This document shows, in pieces, positions 9,333 through 20,060 of a stretch of 64,000 nucleotides of DNA (the first letter of the stretch is position 1; each line of letters starts with the position of its first letter). Under the pieces are notes generated by a model. That model had not been told where the DNA came from. It made no database searches and saw only the letters and a program-made list of their open reading frames with translations. The stretch comes from Syntrophales bacterium (GTDB lineage: Bacteria; Desulfobacterota; Syntrophia; Syntrophales; UBA2210): the NCBI GenBank assembly GCA_963662405.2, contig CAXXKT010000002.1, positions 381,675 through 445,674 of the forward strand, read 5' to 3'. The position numbers and the translations under genes were made by a program.

Positions 9333-10682
9333 TCAGGACGATGTGAGGCGCTGTTCCCCAAACCGCCGGAGGAGCGTATAGATCGCCTCCGACCCAAAGG
9401 CCAGCCCTTCGACCGGTATCCGTTCATCCGCCGCGTGGATCATGTGTATGAAATTGAAGTCCCTCGGGAGCTGCACCGGAAGGAACCCGTAAGTCTGAAT
9501 CCCTAATCGCGAAAAATGACGGCCGTCCGTGGTGGCAGGCAGGAGAAGCGGAACAGGTGTCCCCTCCGGGTCCGCCTCTCTCAGGATGTCGGACAACGTA
9601 TCGAAGAGTCCCATGTCCGGTTCGGCGGGGCCGGGAGAATAGTTCAGGACCTCAAGCTCCACTGCATCACCAACAAGTCCGCGGATCTCAGCGATCAGAT
9701 CATCGGGTGAAAAACCGGGGAGCAATCTACCATCCAGATCGACGGACACCTCGCTGGGGATCACGTTGATCGAGGAACTCCCCTGAAGGATCGTCGGGCT
9801 GACGGTATTATGCAGCATGGGATCGAAAAAAGCCCCGCGTTCGCTGAGGATCGTGAGGAGCGCATTCGTCAAAGCGGGATTCTTCAATCCACCAAGAACC
9901 AGGCCGGTCACCCCGCCGAGCGCCGATGCGATTTCATCGATCATGTCCCGGGCGGTGGAGGTGACATGGACCGGAAGGCGGTTCCTGTCGAGTCTTCGAA
10001 GCACCTCAGAAAGCCGCGCCATGGCACCGCCGCGCACGGGCATCGAACCGTGCCCCCCTTGTCCCCGGACGGTAGCCCTCACCGCACAGCGCTGTTTCTC
10101 GGCAACCATGATCGGATAGAAGCGACGATTACCGCTGTAAAAGGTGAATCCGCCACACTCGCCGATCGCATATCGGACCCCTTCAAAAAGGTCCGGGTGA
10201 TTCTCCACGAGGAATCGGGCTCCGAATTCACCCGACGTCTCTTCATCGCTCACAACGGCGAATATCACATCTCCGGGGAGCGTTAGGTTCTCCGCCTTTG
10301 CTCGGAGAAAGGCGGAGAGCATCATCGCCACACCCCCCTTCATATCAAGGGCGCCGCGCCCCCACACGAAGCCGTCCGCAACGAGGCCCTCAAAGGGGGG
10401 GTATTGCCATTGCTGATTTTCCGTGGTGACCACATCCAGATGCCCGTACAACAGGAGGGGGGGTGCGTTTCCCTGGCCGGGCAACCGGGCAACCAGGTTG
10501 GGCCGTTGCGGGTTTCGACTCCGAATGGTGGTTTCAATCCCCGCGTCCTTCAACAGACCATCGATGAATGAAACGCACTCCACCTCGTTTCCGGGCGGGT
10601 TGGTGGTGTCGAACCGGATCAGGTGCTGCAGCAGTTCCACGGAACGCCGATACGCGGGGACTCCGTCCTTCAGTAATTCCAT
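9333..10682 (-). CDS. M20/M25/M40 family metallo-hydrolase
   Basis: GHLDVV, GRGALDMKG, DEE, HAADE. Confidence 0.92.
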   Translation of the reverse strand: MELLKDGVPAYRRSVELLQHLIRFDTTNPPGNEVECVSFIDGLLKDAGIETTIRSRNPQRPNLVARLPGQGNAPPLLLYGHLDVVTTENQQWQYPPFEGLVADGFVWGRGALDMKGGVAMMLSAFLRAKAENLTLPGDVIFAVVSDEETSGEFGARFLVENHPDLFEGVRYAIGECGGFTFYSGNRRFYPIMVAEKQRCAVRATVRGQGGHGSMPVRGGAMARLSEVLRRLDRNRLPVHVTSTARDMIDEIASALGGVTGLVLGGLKNPALTNALLTILSERGAFFDPMLHNTVSPTILQGSSSINVIPSEVSVDLDGRLLPGFSPDDLIAEIRGLVGDAVELEVLNYSPGPAEPDMGLFDTLSDILREADPEGTPVPLLLPATTDGRHFSRLGIQTYGFLPVQLPRDFNFIHMIHAADERIPVEGLAFGSEAIYTLLRRFGEQRLTSS

Positions 10683-10721
10683 ATGAATTTCCCTTTCTCA
10701 CCCACGGCGTTCACCGCTTCG

Positions 10722-11027
10722 CTACGCCTCCCGCAGGATCCTGACGGAGACACCCTCCACCATGTCCTTGACCTTTTCCCGGTAAGCCAGCATATGGGGG
10801 GCCCCCATATGCCCCCGGAGAGCCTCGAGGCCTTCCCACTTTTCAACAACCGTGACAACATTCGCATCCAAGGTCTGCCCCGGTAGACCCGCCTCGACAT
10901 CTACGGCCGGAAAATATTCGAGGCACCCCTCCTCTTCCCGGACACGGGGGACATTGGCCTTAAAGATTTCGAGAAAATCCGGAATATTCTCCACCTTCAC
11001 CTGTATCGACGCAAGAACCGTAATCAT
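10722..11027 (-). CDS. Putative quinol monooxygenase (ABM domain)
   Basis: EEGCLEY...EKW....L..H...PH; RBS GAGGAGG before MITV. Confidence 0.85.
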   Translation of the reverse strand: MITVLASIQVKVENIPDFLEIFKANVPRVREEEGCLEYFPAVDVEAGLPGQTLDANVVTVVEKWEGLEALRGHMGAPHMLAYREKVKDMVEGVSVRILREA

Positions 11028-11073
11028 ATGTATCCTCCTCTTATCTTGATAAATCAATCGAGCACTTTCTTCG

Positions 11074-11526
11074 TCACACCCCGAGATCGTCTTTCTCCAA
11101 GGCCATGAAAGAGCGCCATGCTTCATCCATAACTGGTAGCCACTCCCGGAGGACCGGCGATGTGGCCTCTTCTTCCGGGACTCCTCGAAACTGAGTCAAA
11201 TAATGAAACATGAAGGCGGACACCCTGGCATTAACGGCACAGTGCACCCAGACCTTCTTCCCGCGCAGGACGGACATGATCCCGCAGAATATCTTCAGGT
11301 GCTGGGCTGTGGGCTTTTCGAAAGGAACCGGGATATGGACGTATAACATCCCCCGGGCAGCAACAATACCCCCCTCATCCGGTATCGCGTTATCGGAGTC
11401 GTGCATGGCGAGATTCACCACCGCTTCATACCCCCTCCGCGCGATATCGGTCAACTGTTCCCTCGACGGTTGTCCTGACGTTGCGATCTGTTCGGTAATC
11501 CGGTAATAGTTGAGCGGTTCATCCAT
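11074..11526 (-). CDS. Tyrosine phosphatase-like / DUF442-type protein
   Basis: TSGQP, VVNL, HCxxxxR loop (VHCAVNARVS). Confidence 0.8.
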   Translation of the reverse strand: MDEPLNYYRITEQIATSGQPSREQLTDIARRGYEAVVNLAMHDSDNAIPDEGGIVAARGMLYVHIPVPFEKPTAQHLKIFCGIMSVLRGKKVWVHCAVNARVSAFMFHYLTQFRGVPEEEATSPVLREWLPVMDEAWRSFMALEKDDLGV

Positions 11527-11559
11527 GGGTAATTTCAGGACATCGGTCGACAGTTCCTG

Positions 11560-11769
11560 CTACTCCTCTGCTTTTTTGATGGTACTGAAACCAAAGAGGG
11601 TATACAGGGGGCAAAAACCGACGAAACTGGTTATCAGAAAAATGACGGCAACGATCCCGAGAATGACGGCGGCGGTCCCGGTAATCGCGCCGGTCATGTA
11701 CAGCGCCACCACGACTAATGCCAATATCGTTCTGATACTACGGTCAAGTGTTCCCATATTTCTTTTCAT
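11560..11769 (-). CDS. DUF2892 (YgaP-like) small membrane protein
   Basis: NMGTLDRSIR, two TM segments, GFCPLYTLFGFST. Confidence 0.88.
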   Translation of the reverse strand: MKRNMGTLDRSIRTILALVVVALYMTGAITGTAAVILGIVAVIFLITSFVGFCPLYTLFGFSTIKKAEE

Positions 11770-11837
11770 CTCACACCCCCATTTTTTCTGAGCGGGCACG
11801 GTTGCCCACACAGTGAAAACAGAATCATTCACGTGGC

Positions 11838-12371
11838 CTACCAACGCTGTTCACTCCTGAAAACAGAACGCTTTCGGCGAAAACGGAACAGCCGTGAGAA
11901 GGCCATCATCGACAGTTCTATCACCATCAGCACAAAAACCGCTGATACAGCACCTGCCGACACAGCCTCTCTATTCAGTGGAAGCGTGAATGAATAGTTT
12001 ACATATGTCTCGTGGATCAATACCCTGTCCCCCCTTAACGCGATAAAGGCAACCTGGCGAGCCAAACCGGCGTCAAGACCCCGCTGCTCATCACTGAACC
12101 TCAGGTATCGCTCGAACATGAGCCTGATTGGCCGGGCTTCTTCCCTGGACACTCTATCTTCACTCGTCTCGTGCTTTTTTATCAATGCCGATATTGAACC
12201 GTCATAATGCCGATTCGCTATTTCCTGATATCCCCGGAGATTGCCCTCTACTTCGAGGAGATGGGCATCCACTCTTTTATCGTACTGATCGACAAAATTA
12301 GGTATCTGTATTCCGAGCAAGACAGCCGTACAGGCAACCAGAATAAGAAAATAACGATACAAAACCTTCAT
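11838..12371 (-). CDS. DUF2937-like membrane protein
   Basis: N-terminal TM followed by QIPNFVDQYxKR..AH; C-terminal TM. Confidence 0.75.
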   Translation of the reverse strand: MKVLYRYFLILVACTAVLLGIQIPNFVDQYDKRVDAHLLEVEGNLRGYQEIANRHYDGSISALIKKHETSEDRVSREEARPIRLMFERYLRFSDEQRGLDAGLARQVAFIALRGDRVLIHETYVNYSFTLPLNREAVSAGAVSAVFVLMVIELSMMAFSRLFRFRRKRSVFRSEQRW

Positions 12372-12782
12372 GCTCCCCCCCTCTCAGCACTCTGGTTCGG
12401 GCAAATCTTCCAGCCTCCAGCCCCCCGATATACTTCATGAAGAACCGATCGTATCCAAAGACACACAGCCCCCCTTCTCATGGAGAGACGGGGCTGTAGT
12501 ATGATCCGGCCATGATTTCCTCTTTGTGGGGTCAAGCGAAACGAACTTCGTCCATGAACCGTTCGAAACCATACCTGAGAATAATACGCCCACGGGGATA
12601 ATTGTCAAGGGATTTCAGGTAAAACGCGGAAGGCAATCCCTTTCCCCGGCAGGGAGCTGTTTCCGCCCGATTCTTTGGTACGGTATCGCCGGACGGAGTG
12701 AAAAAGTCTCTTGAAGGTATCGAAAGTGAAATGGTATATGGGCGCTGTTTGTACGAGAAGCCTTTTACTCAGGGATAATGCA

Positions 12783-13352
12783 ATGGAAACAATCGGCATA
12801 CTCAACCTTTCCGGTGTCGGCCCCGTCCATCTTCGCAGGAGTACCAGGGCAAAGCGCATGTCAATCTCCATGACCGCTTCCGGCGAGGTACATGCCACCC
12901 TCCCGTTGCACGGGACAGTCCGTCAGGCGAAGGCATTCCTCTGTGAAAAATCAGACTGGATAACGGGCCACCGCCGGAAGGCGTGCCTCCTCCGCCTCCA
13001 TCACAAAAAACTCGCCGTGTCCCGAAAGTGTATGTCCCGGAGACAGGCTGAGGTTTTTCTCCGGGAACGCATCGACCGACTTGCTCGGGAATACGGCTTT
13101 TCCTTCAACAGGGTTTCCGTCCGCAATCAGAAGACCCGCTGGGGGAGCTGCTCGGCGAACAACAATATCAGCCTCAACGAGAAACTCACCCGGCTCCCCG
13201 ATCGACTGATCGATTTTGTCCTCCTCCACGAACTGGTCCACACTCGGGTGAAGAACCACGGCAGGGACTTCTGGATGGAACTCGGAAAATATGTGGATAA
13301 TGTGGAGGCCCTTCGGAAGGAATTCCGGCAGTACCGTCTGGATCTCCTCTGA
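12783..13352 (+). CDS. YgjP/DUF45-type metal-dependent hydrolase (M48-like)
   Basis: QKTRWGSCS, HELVH..NH...FW; start uncertain. Confidence 0.85.
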   Translation: METIGILNLSGVGPVHLRRSTRAKRMSISMTASGEVHATLPLHGTVRQAKAFLCEKSDWITGHRRKACLLRLHHKKLAVSRKCMSRRQAEVFLRERIDRLAREYGFSFNRVSVRNQKTRWGSCSANNNISLNEKLTRLPDRLIDFVLLHELVHTRVKNHGRDFWMELGKYVDNVEALRKEFRQYRLDLL

Positions 13353-13416
13353 AACAGCGCGCGCCTCATGGAGGGAACTCGTATCTTTGGCAGCTCCCTC
13401 GATCTTTCTCCCGTTC

Positions 13417-14706
13417 CTATCCCCGCTCTTCAATCGGCACGTAGCTTCGCTCCCTGTGCCCCGTGTAGACCTGCCGCGGGCGATACAACTTCCACTTTGG
13501 ATCATCGATACTCTCCCACCACTGGCTGATCCACCCCGGCAGCCGTCCGATGGCGAACATGACGGGAAACATGTTCAAGGGAATCCCGATCGTCCTCAGC
13601 ACGATACCACTGTAAAAATCCACGTTGGGATAGAGGTTGTGATCGAGAAAATAGGAATCATGCGTCGCGATCTCTTCCAGATTGAGGGCGATATCGAGGA
13701 GGGGATCAGTGGTGCCGAACTTTGTCAGGAGTTTGTTACAGACATCCTTGAGAATGGGAACCCGCGGGTCATAAGTTCGGTAGACCCGGTGTCCGAACCC
13801 CATAAGACGGAAGGGGTCATTCTTGTCCTTGGCCCGGGCGATGAACGGTGTCGGATCGCCGCCATTGTCATATATCTGCTGCAACATCTCGATCACCGCC
13901 TGGTTCGCCCCTCCGTGCAGGGGACCCCAAAGGGCACAGATTCCCGCTGAGATTGCGGCGTACAGATTGACCCGCGCGCTCCCCACATGCCGGACCGCCG
14001 AGGTTGAACAGTTCTGCTCATGATCGGCATGGAGAACAAAAAAGACGTCAAGGGCCCGTACCACATCCGGGTCAATGGCATACGGATGAACGGGCGAATC
14101 GAACATCATATTGAGGAAATTCGCGCAATACCCCAGCTTATGGGAGGGATAAATCACCCGGTGGCCGCGGGATATCTGGTACGACATGGCGGCGAGCGTC
14201 CTGAGCTTTGAGATGAGCCTCGTCACCGTGATATTGATCTCTTCTTCCTCCGATCTCTCAGGAACGGCCGGATAAAAAGCCCTGAGGGCGTTTACCATGG
14301 ACGAGAGGATCCCCATCGGGTGCGCCCCCCGGGGGTATTTCTCAAAAAAGGCGCGCATATCCTCATGGACCAGGGAATGGGAGTTCAGCAGACCGGAGAA
14401 CTTTTTCAACTGGTTGCCCGTGGGAAGTTCACCGTTGATAAGGAGATAGGCGACCTCGGTAAAGGATGCCCGTTCAGCCAGCTCTTCAATGGGAATCCCC
14501 CGGTATCTGAGGGTACCTGTTTTCCCATCCATATAGGTAATCGAGCTGACGCAGCTTCCCGTATTCCCATAGCCGGGATCAAGGGTGATGCACCCTGTTT
14601 CCTTCAGGAGATTCGATATATCGATCGCCTTCTCCCCCTCGGAACCCGTCACAACCGGGAACTCGTATGTCTTTCCTCCAACCGTCAGTTTGGCCGTTTC
14701 GCCCAT
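13417..14706 (-). CDS. gltA: Citrate synthase (type II)
   Basis: LRYRG, HADHEQNCST, GPLHGGAN, LMGFGHRVY, YPNVDFYSG; start MGETAK. Confidence 0.96.
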   Translation of the reverse strand: MGETAKLTVGGKTYEFPVVTGSEGEKAIDISNLLKETGCITLDPGYGNTGSCVSSITYMDGKTGTLRYRGIPIEELAERASFTEVAYLLINGELPTGNQLKKFSGLLNSHSLVHEDMRAFFEKYPRGAHPMGILSSMVNALRAFYPAVPERSEEEEINITVTRLISKLRTLAAMSYQISRGHRVIYPSHKLGYCANFLNMMFDSPVHPYAIDPDVVRALDVFFVLHADHEQNCSTSAVRHVGSARVNLYAAISAGICALWGPLHGGANQAVIEMLQQIYDNGGDPTPFIARAKDKNDPFRLMGFGHRVYRTYDPRVPILKDVCNKLLTKFGTTDPLLDIALNLEEIATHDSYFLDHNLYPNVDFYSGIVLRTIGIPLNMFPVMFAIGRLPGWISQWWESIDDPKWKLYRPRQVYTGHRERSYVPIEERG

Positions 14707-15004
14707 ATAGCAACCCCTCTGAGTAAAATGAACTGCTCTATATAGCAAACTTGGAGGGTCTTTACCAGCAGCGAGTGATCTTCGAGCAGAAGACACCGTA
14801 TGATCGGGACGGGAAACATCCGAGACACAGCCGCGATTTATGTGCCAAAGCCTACCTCAGACCCGAGCCTCGAATCATCGTCAGATCAACTCAACCCACC
14901 GAAACCGACGCAATGATTCTCTCCCCATGTGTAACAAATAATTTACGTCCGGCGGATTCCATGATACAGAAAAACCATACCGCCGAGGATCGAGGGACTG
15001 CTCT

Positions 15005-15700
15005 ATGACGGATCTTGAAACGCGGATTATCCCCCTATTAGCCCGGTTACGCGACATGCGCATTGTCTGGGATCTGATGGGCTCGTTCTATAACCGGCGC
15101 ATACCCGATCTCATCACCGAACTCTATGAACATATAGCCGGAGAGCTTACGACAGACAATCACGCACAGATCCTCGACGCGGGTGCGGGTCGCGGGTACC
15201 TGTCATTGCTTCTGGCATCCCGAAATCCGGATGCCCATGTGACGGGAATCGATTATTCCCTGATGCAGGTACTCAGGGCAAGAAGCTACCGCCGGCAGAG
15301 AAGAATACGGAACTGTTCGTTCCGGCAGAGCAATATCTTGTCTCTCCCGTTTACAGACGCCCTCTTTGACGCGGTGGTCAGCGTGGGATCGATAAAACAC
15401 TGGCCCGATCCTCAGCGGGGGCTCATGGAACTGCGACGGGTCATCAAGCCCGGCGGCGCCCTGATCATTGCGGAAACAAACCGGGATGCGCCGGATGATG
15501 CCCTCCGAGCAATAGCCAGACGTTTTCACATCCCCTTCATACCGGAAGATCTCCTTTTCTGGGGACACCGCCACGTGGTCTTCGGGCAGAGTTATTCGGA
15601 AACAACGCTGGCGGACATCGTCCGTAAAGCGGGGTTTCGCCGTATTGATCACCAGCACGTGCCCGCCTGCCCTTACGTCATTGTCAAAGCGTTGAGCTAA
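15005..15700 (+). CDS. Class I SAM-dependent methyltransferase
   Basis: ILDAGAGRG, GIDYS, LPF...FD, IKPGG. Confidence 0.88.
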   Translation: MTDLETRIIPLLARLRDMRIVWDLMGSFYNRRIPDLITELYEHIAGELTTDNHAQILDAGAGRGYLSLLLASRNPDAHVTGIDYSLMQVLRARSYRRQRRIRNCSFRQSNILSLPFTDALFDAVVSVGSIKHWPDPQRGLMELRRVIKPGGALIIAETNRDAPDDALRAIARRFHIPFIPEDLLFWGHRHVVFGQSYSETTLADIVRKAGFRRIDHQHVPACPYVIVKALS

Positions 15701-15820
15701 GAACGATACCTCCACGTCCACTGCTGGTAAATGGTTATTGGCCCCCGAAGCAGACCCCACTAAATCCTGATCTCCCCCTCAATTTCAAAAGGCCCAGGAG
15801 TTTTCTCCTGCGGTGTTCTT
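15690..15820 (+). repeat. 131-bp direct repeat, copy 1
   Basis: Matches 18391-18521 with 4 mismatches; overlaps the methyltransferase stop codon. Confidence 0.95.
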
Positions 15821-16050
15821 TCTGTACGTAATAAGACCAGAGCAATACAGGCATCCACACTTTCAAACACAAGGGTGCAGGTCGGATCTCCTGATCGGTT
15901 TATTGAATACGGGCAGAAACACACAGAGGTAAAAGAGGTAGAGGAAGAGATTGCCGAATGCTTCATGGCTGATCATATCCTTGCGCATAGGGATGTTGTT
16001 GCCATTGCCCGGCATTGCATTTCCTTTGAACGCGATACTCGAGGGACTTA

Positions 16051-16257
16051 TTAATAATGAGGAGGTTTCTCATTCAGCGGGGGCTTCTCTCCGATGGCCT
16101 CCGGCAGATCCTTTATCTGACTCTCAAACACCTTACAGACCAACTCCAACTGATCGATCTGCTTTTGCTGCTCGCAGACCACACTGTTTAATTCCTTTAT
16201 GGTTTCCTCCTGATAGAAAAGTTTTATCTCGATGTCCACTAAGCGATTCTCAATCAT
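16051..16257 (-). CDS. slyX: SlyX family protein
   Basis: RL..IE.KL.YQE.TI..LN..V..QQ..ID...EKPPHY. Confidence 0.92.
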   Translation of the reverse strand: MIENRLVDIEIKLFYQEETIKELNSVVCEQQKQIDQLELVCKVFESQIKDLPEAIGEKPPLNEKPPHY

Positions 16258-16320
16258 TACGTCTGCTCCTCCTCTGGGGAATGGCAAGTTTATTGTCCCC
16301 GGCTACAATATTCATGATGA

Positions 16321-18147
16321 CTATTCTTTCGAAATATTCTGTTCTTCCGTGCCGTGCAGATACCGCCGTATCTCAGCAAGAAATTTCTCCCCGTAGCGTT
16401 CGAGCTTATGGGTCCCAACGCCATGTACATTCAGGAATGCCTCGTCATCCGTGGGCAGCGCGGCGGCCATCCCGACCAGAGATTTATCGCTGAAGATGAC
16501 AAACGGCGGCACCTCAGCGGCATCGGCCAACGTTTTTCGCAGACTCCGGAGTCTCTTGAAGATCTCCTCATTGTAATCAGTATCGACGTCCTTCCGGCGA
16601 GTCGATTTCGTTGTGCCGGCCGGCTTTACACGCGGCGCCGCCATGGTCACGGTCTGTTCCCCCCGCAAGACAGGCCGAGCCGCATCAGTCAGAGTGAGTA
16701 CCGAATAATTGCCCACATCCTGCTGGAGAAAGCCCCTGTAGACGAGATGGTGGAGAAGTCCACCCCAGTACTCCTGGCTCTTGTCGGCACCGATCCCGTA
16801 AGTTGAGAGGCCGTCGTGTCTAAGTTGCATTATCCGTTCCTTTTTGGAGCCACGCAGTACATCAATCACATGGCCCATACCGAAACGCTGATCCACACGG
16901 TAGACACAGGACAGGGCCTTCCGGGCATCTTCCGTTACATCGATCATTTCCGGCGGGTGGAGGCAGGTATCGCAGTTGCCACAATCCTCTTCCATCCGTT
17001 CATCAAAATAGCCAAGGAGGATCCGGCGTCGGCAGCTTGAGGCCTCGGCGAAGGCAACCATGGCATTGAGTTTATGAAGCTCGATCCGCTTCCGCTCTTG
17101 ATTGTGCGTATTTTCGATCAAGCTTCGCGCAATGGCAATATCGCCATACCCGAAGAGAAGCAGGGCCTCCGCCGCCAAGTCATCGCGACCGGCGCGACCC
17201 GTTTCCTGGTAGTAGCTTTCGATGTTTTTCGGGAGATCGTAATGGACAACGAACCGGATGTTGGATTTATCGATCCCCATACCGAAAGCCACCGTCGCCA
17301 CCATAATCAGGACATCGTCCCGCAGAAATTCTTCCTGTACCCTTTGTCTCTCTTTCGCAGACAGTCCTGCATGATAGGGAGCCGCATTGAACCCAGCCGA
17401 CTTCAGCTTTGCAGCCAGGCTGTCCACGCGTTTGCGGCTGAGACAGTAAACAATACCGGCCTCGCCCGTGCGGTTTTTCAGAAAGCCCGTGAGCTGCGAA
17501 AAAGGCTTGATCTTATCGAGAACGGTGTAGCGGATATTGGGGCGGTCAAAGCTCGAAACATAACACCGGGCCTGCCTTAGGTTGAGCCGGTCAAGGATGT
17601 CCAAGCGGGTGTGAGACTCTGCCGTAGCCGTCAGGGCAATCATTGGTATTGTGGGGAATACATTGCGCAGGCGGCCAAGCTGGCTGTATTCGGGCCGGAA
17701 ATCATGGCCCCACTGAGAAATACAGTGTGCCTCGTCAATCGCGAAAAGGGAGATGGGGATATCCTGAAGACGCTGGAGGAACTCCTCGCCGATCAATCTT
17801 TCGGGAGCGATATAGAGGAGGTCCAGTTTTCCAGTATGGAGCATGGCCAGAACCCGGCGGGCCTCGGTGCCCTTTAATGAAGAATTGTAAAAGGCCGCTT
17901 TGACCCCGCAGGTTTGGAGCGCATCGACCTGGTCCTTCATCAGCGAGATAAGGGGAGAAACAACAATTCCGACACCCGGGCGATGAAGGGCGGGGATCTG
18001 ATAACAGAGAGATTTCCCCCCTCCCGTAGGCATCAGGACAAAGGCGTCCTCGCCTTGGATCAGGCCCTCGATAATTTCCTGCTGCTGTGGCCGATAGGTT
18101 TCGTACCCGAAGATATTTTTAAGGCTTTCAAGTGGGCTTCCGATCAT
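16321..18147 (-). CDS. recQ: ATP-dependent DNA helicase RecQ
   Basis: MPTGGGKS, DEAHCISQWGHDFRP, QETGRAGRD, Zn Cys cluster, RQC and HRDC (PPFVIFSD). Confidence 0.97.
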   Translation of the reverse strand: MIGSPLESLKNIFGYETYRPQQQEIIEGLIQGEDAFVLMPTGGGKSLCYQIPALHRPGVGIVVSPLISLMKDQVDALQTCGVKAAFYNSSLKGTEARRVLAMLHTGKLDLLYIAPERLIGEEFLQRLQDIPISLFAIDEAHCISQWGHDFRPEYSQLGRLRNVFPTIPMIALTATAESHTRLDILDRLNLRQARCYVSSFDRPNIRYTVLDKIKPFSQLTGFLKNRTGEAGIVYCLSRKRVDSLAAKLKSAGFNAAPYHAGLSAKERQRVQEEFLRDDVLIMVATVAFGMGIDKSNIRFVVHYDLPKNIESYYQETGRAGRDDLAAEALLLFGYGDIAIARSLIENTHNQERKRIELHKLNAMVAFAEASSCRRRILLGYFDERMEEDCGNCDTCLHPPEMIDVTEDARKALSCVYRVDQRFGMGHVIDVLRGSKKERIMQLRHDGLSTYGIGADKSQEYWGGLLHHLVYRGFLQQDVGNYSVLTLTDAARPVLRGEQTVTMAAPRVKPAGTTKSTRRKDVDTDYNEEIFKRLRSLRKTLADAAEVPPFVIFSDKSLVGMAAALPTDDEAFLNVHGVGTHKLERYGEKFLAEIRRYLHGTEEQNISKE

Positions 18148-18390
18148 GGATACAAATCCAACTCTGCTTCTTCGTAATCAAAAATACAGCCGTCGCGGGC
18201 TTACCTTACCCTTCCATGAAGCCCCAAGACGGTGGACGGGCCCAAGAAAAAGCCGAGGCGGATTTTTGCTCGGGCAGGGGAGCTCTTAACTCTTTTTTTA
18301 CATTCGTGTCTACAAATGAATTATTGAAACCCCCTCCAGCTTCCTGCACCGCAAGCTCACTTTTTCAAAAGCTCAACTGCAAATACAAGA

Positions 18391-18521
18391 CGTTGAGCTA
18401 AGAACGATACCTCCACGTCCACTGCTGGTAAATGGTTATTGGCCCCCGAAGCAGACCCGAGTAAATCCTGATCTCCCCTTCAATTTCAAAAGACCCAGGA
18501 GTTTTCTCCTGCGGTGTTCTT
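18391..18521 (+). repeat. 131-bp direct repeat, copy 2
   Basis: Matches 15690-15820 with 4 mismatches. Confidence 0.95.
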
Positions 18522-18784
18522 CCTGAAGTTGATAAAGTCATGCATGATTGATTAGTTGTAGATTTCTTTTCGAAAAGATCAGCTTACCCGTGATCCTTTA
18601 CTTATTTCGAAATAAGATGGCATGTGAAAAAATTTTCTGCTGTTCCTATTGTTTGCTATTATTAATAGTAAGTCAAAAGCAGACTTGATAATCATATTTA
18701 TTGGAGTTATCTTTGTCATTAAGGCAAATAGGGGTATCAACGTCAACAAAGTCATCAACCATCACCATCAGGATGGAGGAAATC

Positions 18785-19123
18785 ATGAAAAGCAAGAACA
18801 GATTTCGCGGAATGATGTTTTTTCTGGCCGGTCTTCTCACCGCTTCAATCTTTCAGTTCAGCTTTCCAGACCAACAGGAGGTCCTGGCGGATCAGTACTG
18901 GTGCATTCGGCATGATCTGGATGCACAAGGTATGACCGGAAACATTCCTGACCCCGAATTCACCATCACCTACGATGTTCCCACGTGCTATGGTAATAAT
19001 GGTTACCACGTTGAGAGAGTCTACATGTACGGTAACCAGGTTGCTGTACATTATAAAAACCCAAATGCCGTAATGCCTAGCTTCAAAGGTCTACAAGGAG
19101 GAGGATTTAGCACCATTCCTTGA
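18785..19123 (+). CDS. Hypothetical secreted protein, paralog 1
   Basis: RBS GGAGG; signal-peptide-like N-terminus ending VLA|DQY; clearly homologous to 28188-28472. Confidence 0.85.
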   Translation: MKSKNRFRGMMFFLAGLLTASIFQFSFPDQQEVLADQYWCIRHDLDAQGMTGNIPDPEFTITYDVPTCYGNNGYHVERVYMYGNQVAVHYKNPNAVMPSFKGLQGGGFSTIP

Positions 19124-19568
19124 CAACCTTGCAACTGCGAGATCGGTTGAAAATGGGTCAGATCTTTCTGTTTTTATCCAGAGTTCTCCACTTCAGATAC
19201 CCGCTAAAACCGTTCAGAGAGCTTTTGGATTGAGGGGGTCTATGGGTGTAAAAAATATTGCGTCGGAAAAATGAGGAACACTTCCTTCCTGTTATCCACA
19301 AATCGTCAGCCTTGGCAAAAATGCTAGACTTCAATCCGTAATCAACTGAACAACCAAGAACCGAGCGCTGGCATGAAGGCTGTATGGATAATCTACGCAG
19401 TATTGCTCAACATAATTGCGGCATTTATAGATTACTTTGTAGCCAAGAAGAAATGGATTTTTTGTAGGTACAGGAAACAATGAGAATAACATTTCCAAAG
19501 CTACACTACTGTACCTTTTATAAACTCTCACTATATAGATTGCAGTGTTAGGTAGGCTGGATCTTTTT

Positions 19569-20060
19569 CTATCTGTAAAAATCTCGCAAGCCTCGAGTTG
19601 AGACGACATCATCTAAAACAGCATCTACCCATCCAGATGTAGCATTTTCTCTCGAATCAAATCTCTTTATGTAAGGTTTAATGTCGAGCAACGGTGTACC
19701 ATCCAATATATCAACATTCTTAACATAAAGGATATTCTTTTCAATTTTCTCCAACCGCACAAGGCTCATGCCTAATTTGTTGGGACGATACGGAGCACGG
19801 GTAGCAAAAATGCCATGTTCTTCATCCGAAAGATAAGTCTTTAAGCGAAGATAGGTATCTTCGGATCGGTTGAAACAGTAAAGCAAGTAAATGTGAGAGA
19901 AGCCCGCTAAACCCTTCAAGCCATCAATATATGGGGTATCCAATATAACCGTACCCTCAATATTCTCGCATAAAATAGGTTGGATCGGAATCTCTGACAG
20001 TTTTTTATGGGGTGAGCTTATAACTCCTATCGGTTGGAAATTAAAAGTGTGACCATTCAT
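19569..20060 (-). CDS. trmO: tRNA (t6A37-N6)-methyltransferase TrmO/TsaA family
   Basis: PIGVI.SP, FSHI, GIFATRAPYRPN, DGTPLLDIKPY. Confidence 0.9.
   Translation of the reverse strand: MNGHTFNFQPIGVISSPHKKLSEIPIQPILCENIEGTVILDTPYIDGLKGLAGFSHIYLLYCFNRSEDTYLRLKTYLSDEEHGIFATRAPYRPNKLGMSLVRLEKIEKNILYVKNVDILDGTPLLDIKPYIKRFDSRENATSGWVDAVLDDVVSTRGLRDFYR

Noticed and set aside
12465..12497. Hairpin ACAGCCCC...GGGGCTGT in a divergent intergenic region
   Set aside because: No recognisable riboswitch motif or good U-tract; function cannot be supported.
18371..18398. GCTCAAC...GTTGAGC matches integron attC core consensus (RYYYAAC/GTTRRRY)
   Set aside because: Only 14 nt between the cores, far shorter than an attC; no cassette array; the nearby recombinase is short and shows no IntI-like insertion.
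19292..19300. Perfect DnaA box TTATCCACA
   Set aside because: Single copy with no cluster or origin-linked genes; expected by chance.
19331..19612. 93-aa minus ORF and an overlapping 36-aa hydrophobic plus ORF (MKAVWIIY...)
   Set aside because: No recognisable motifs or convincing RBS.
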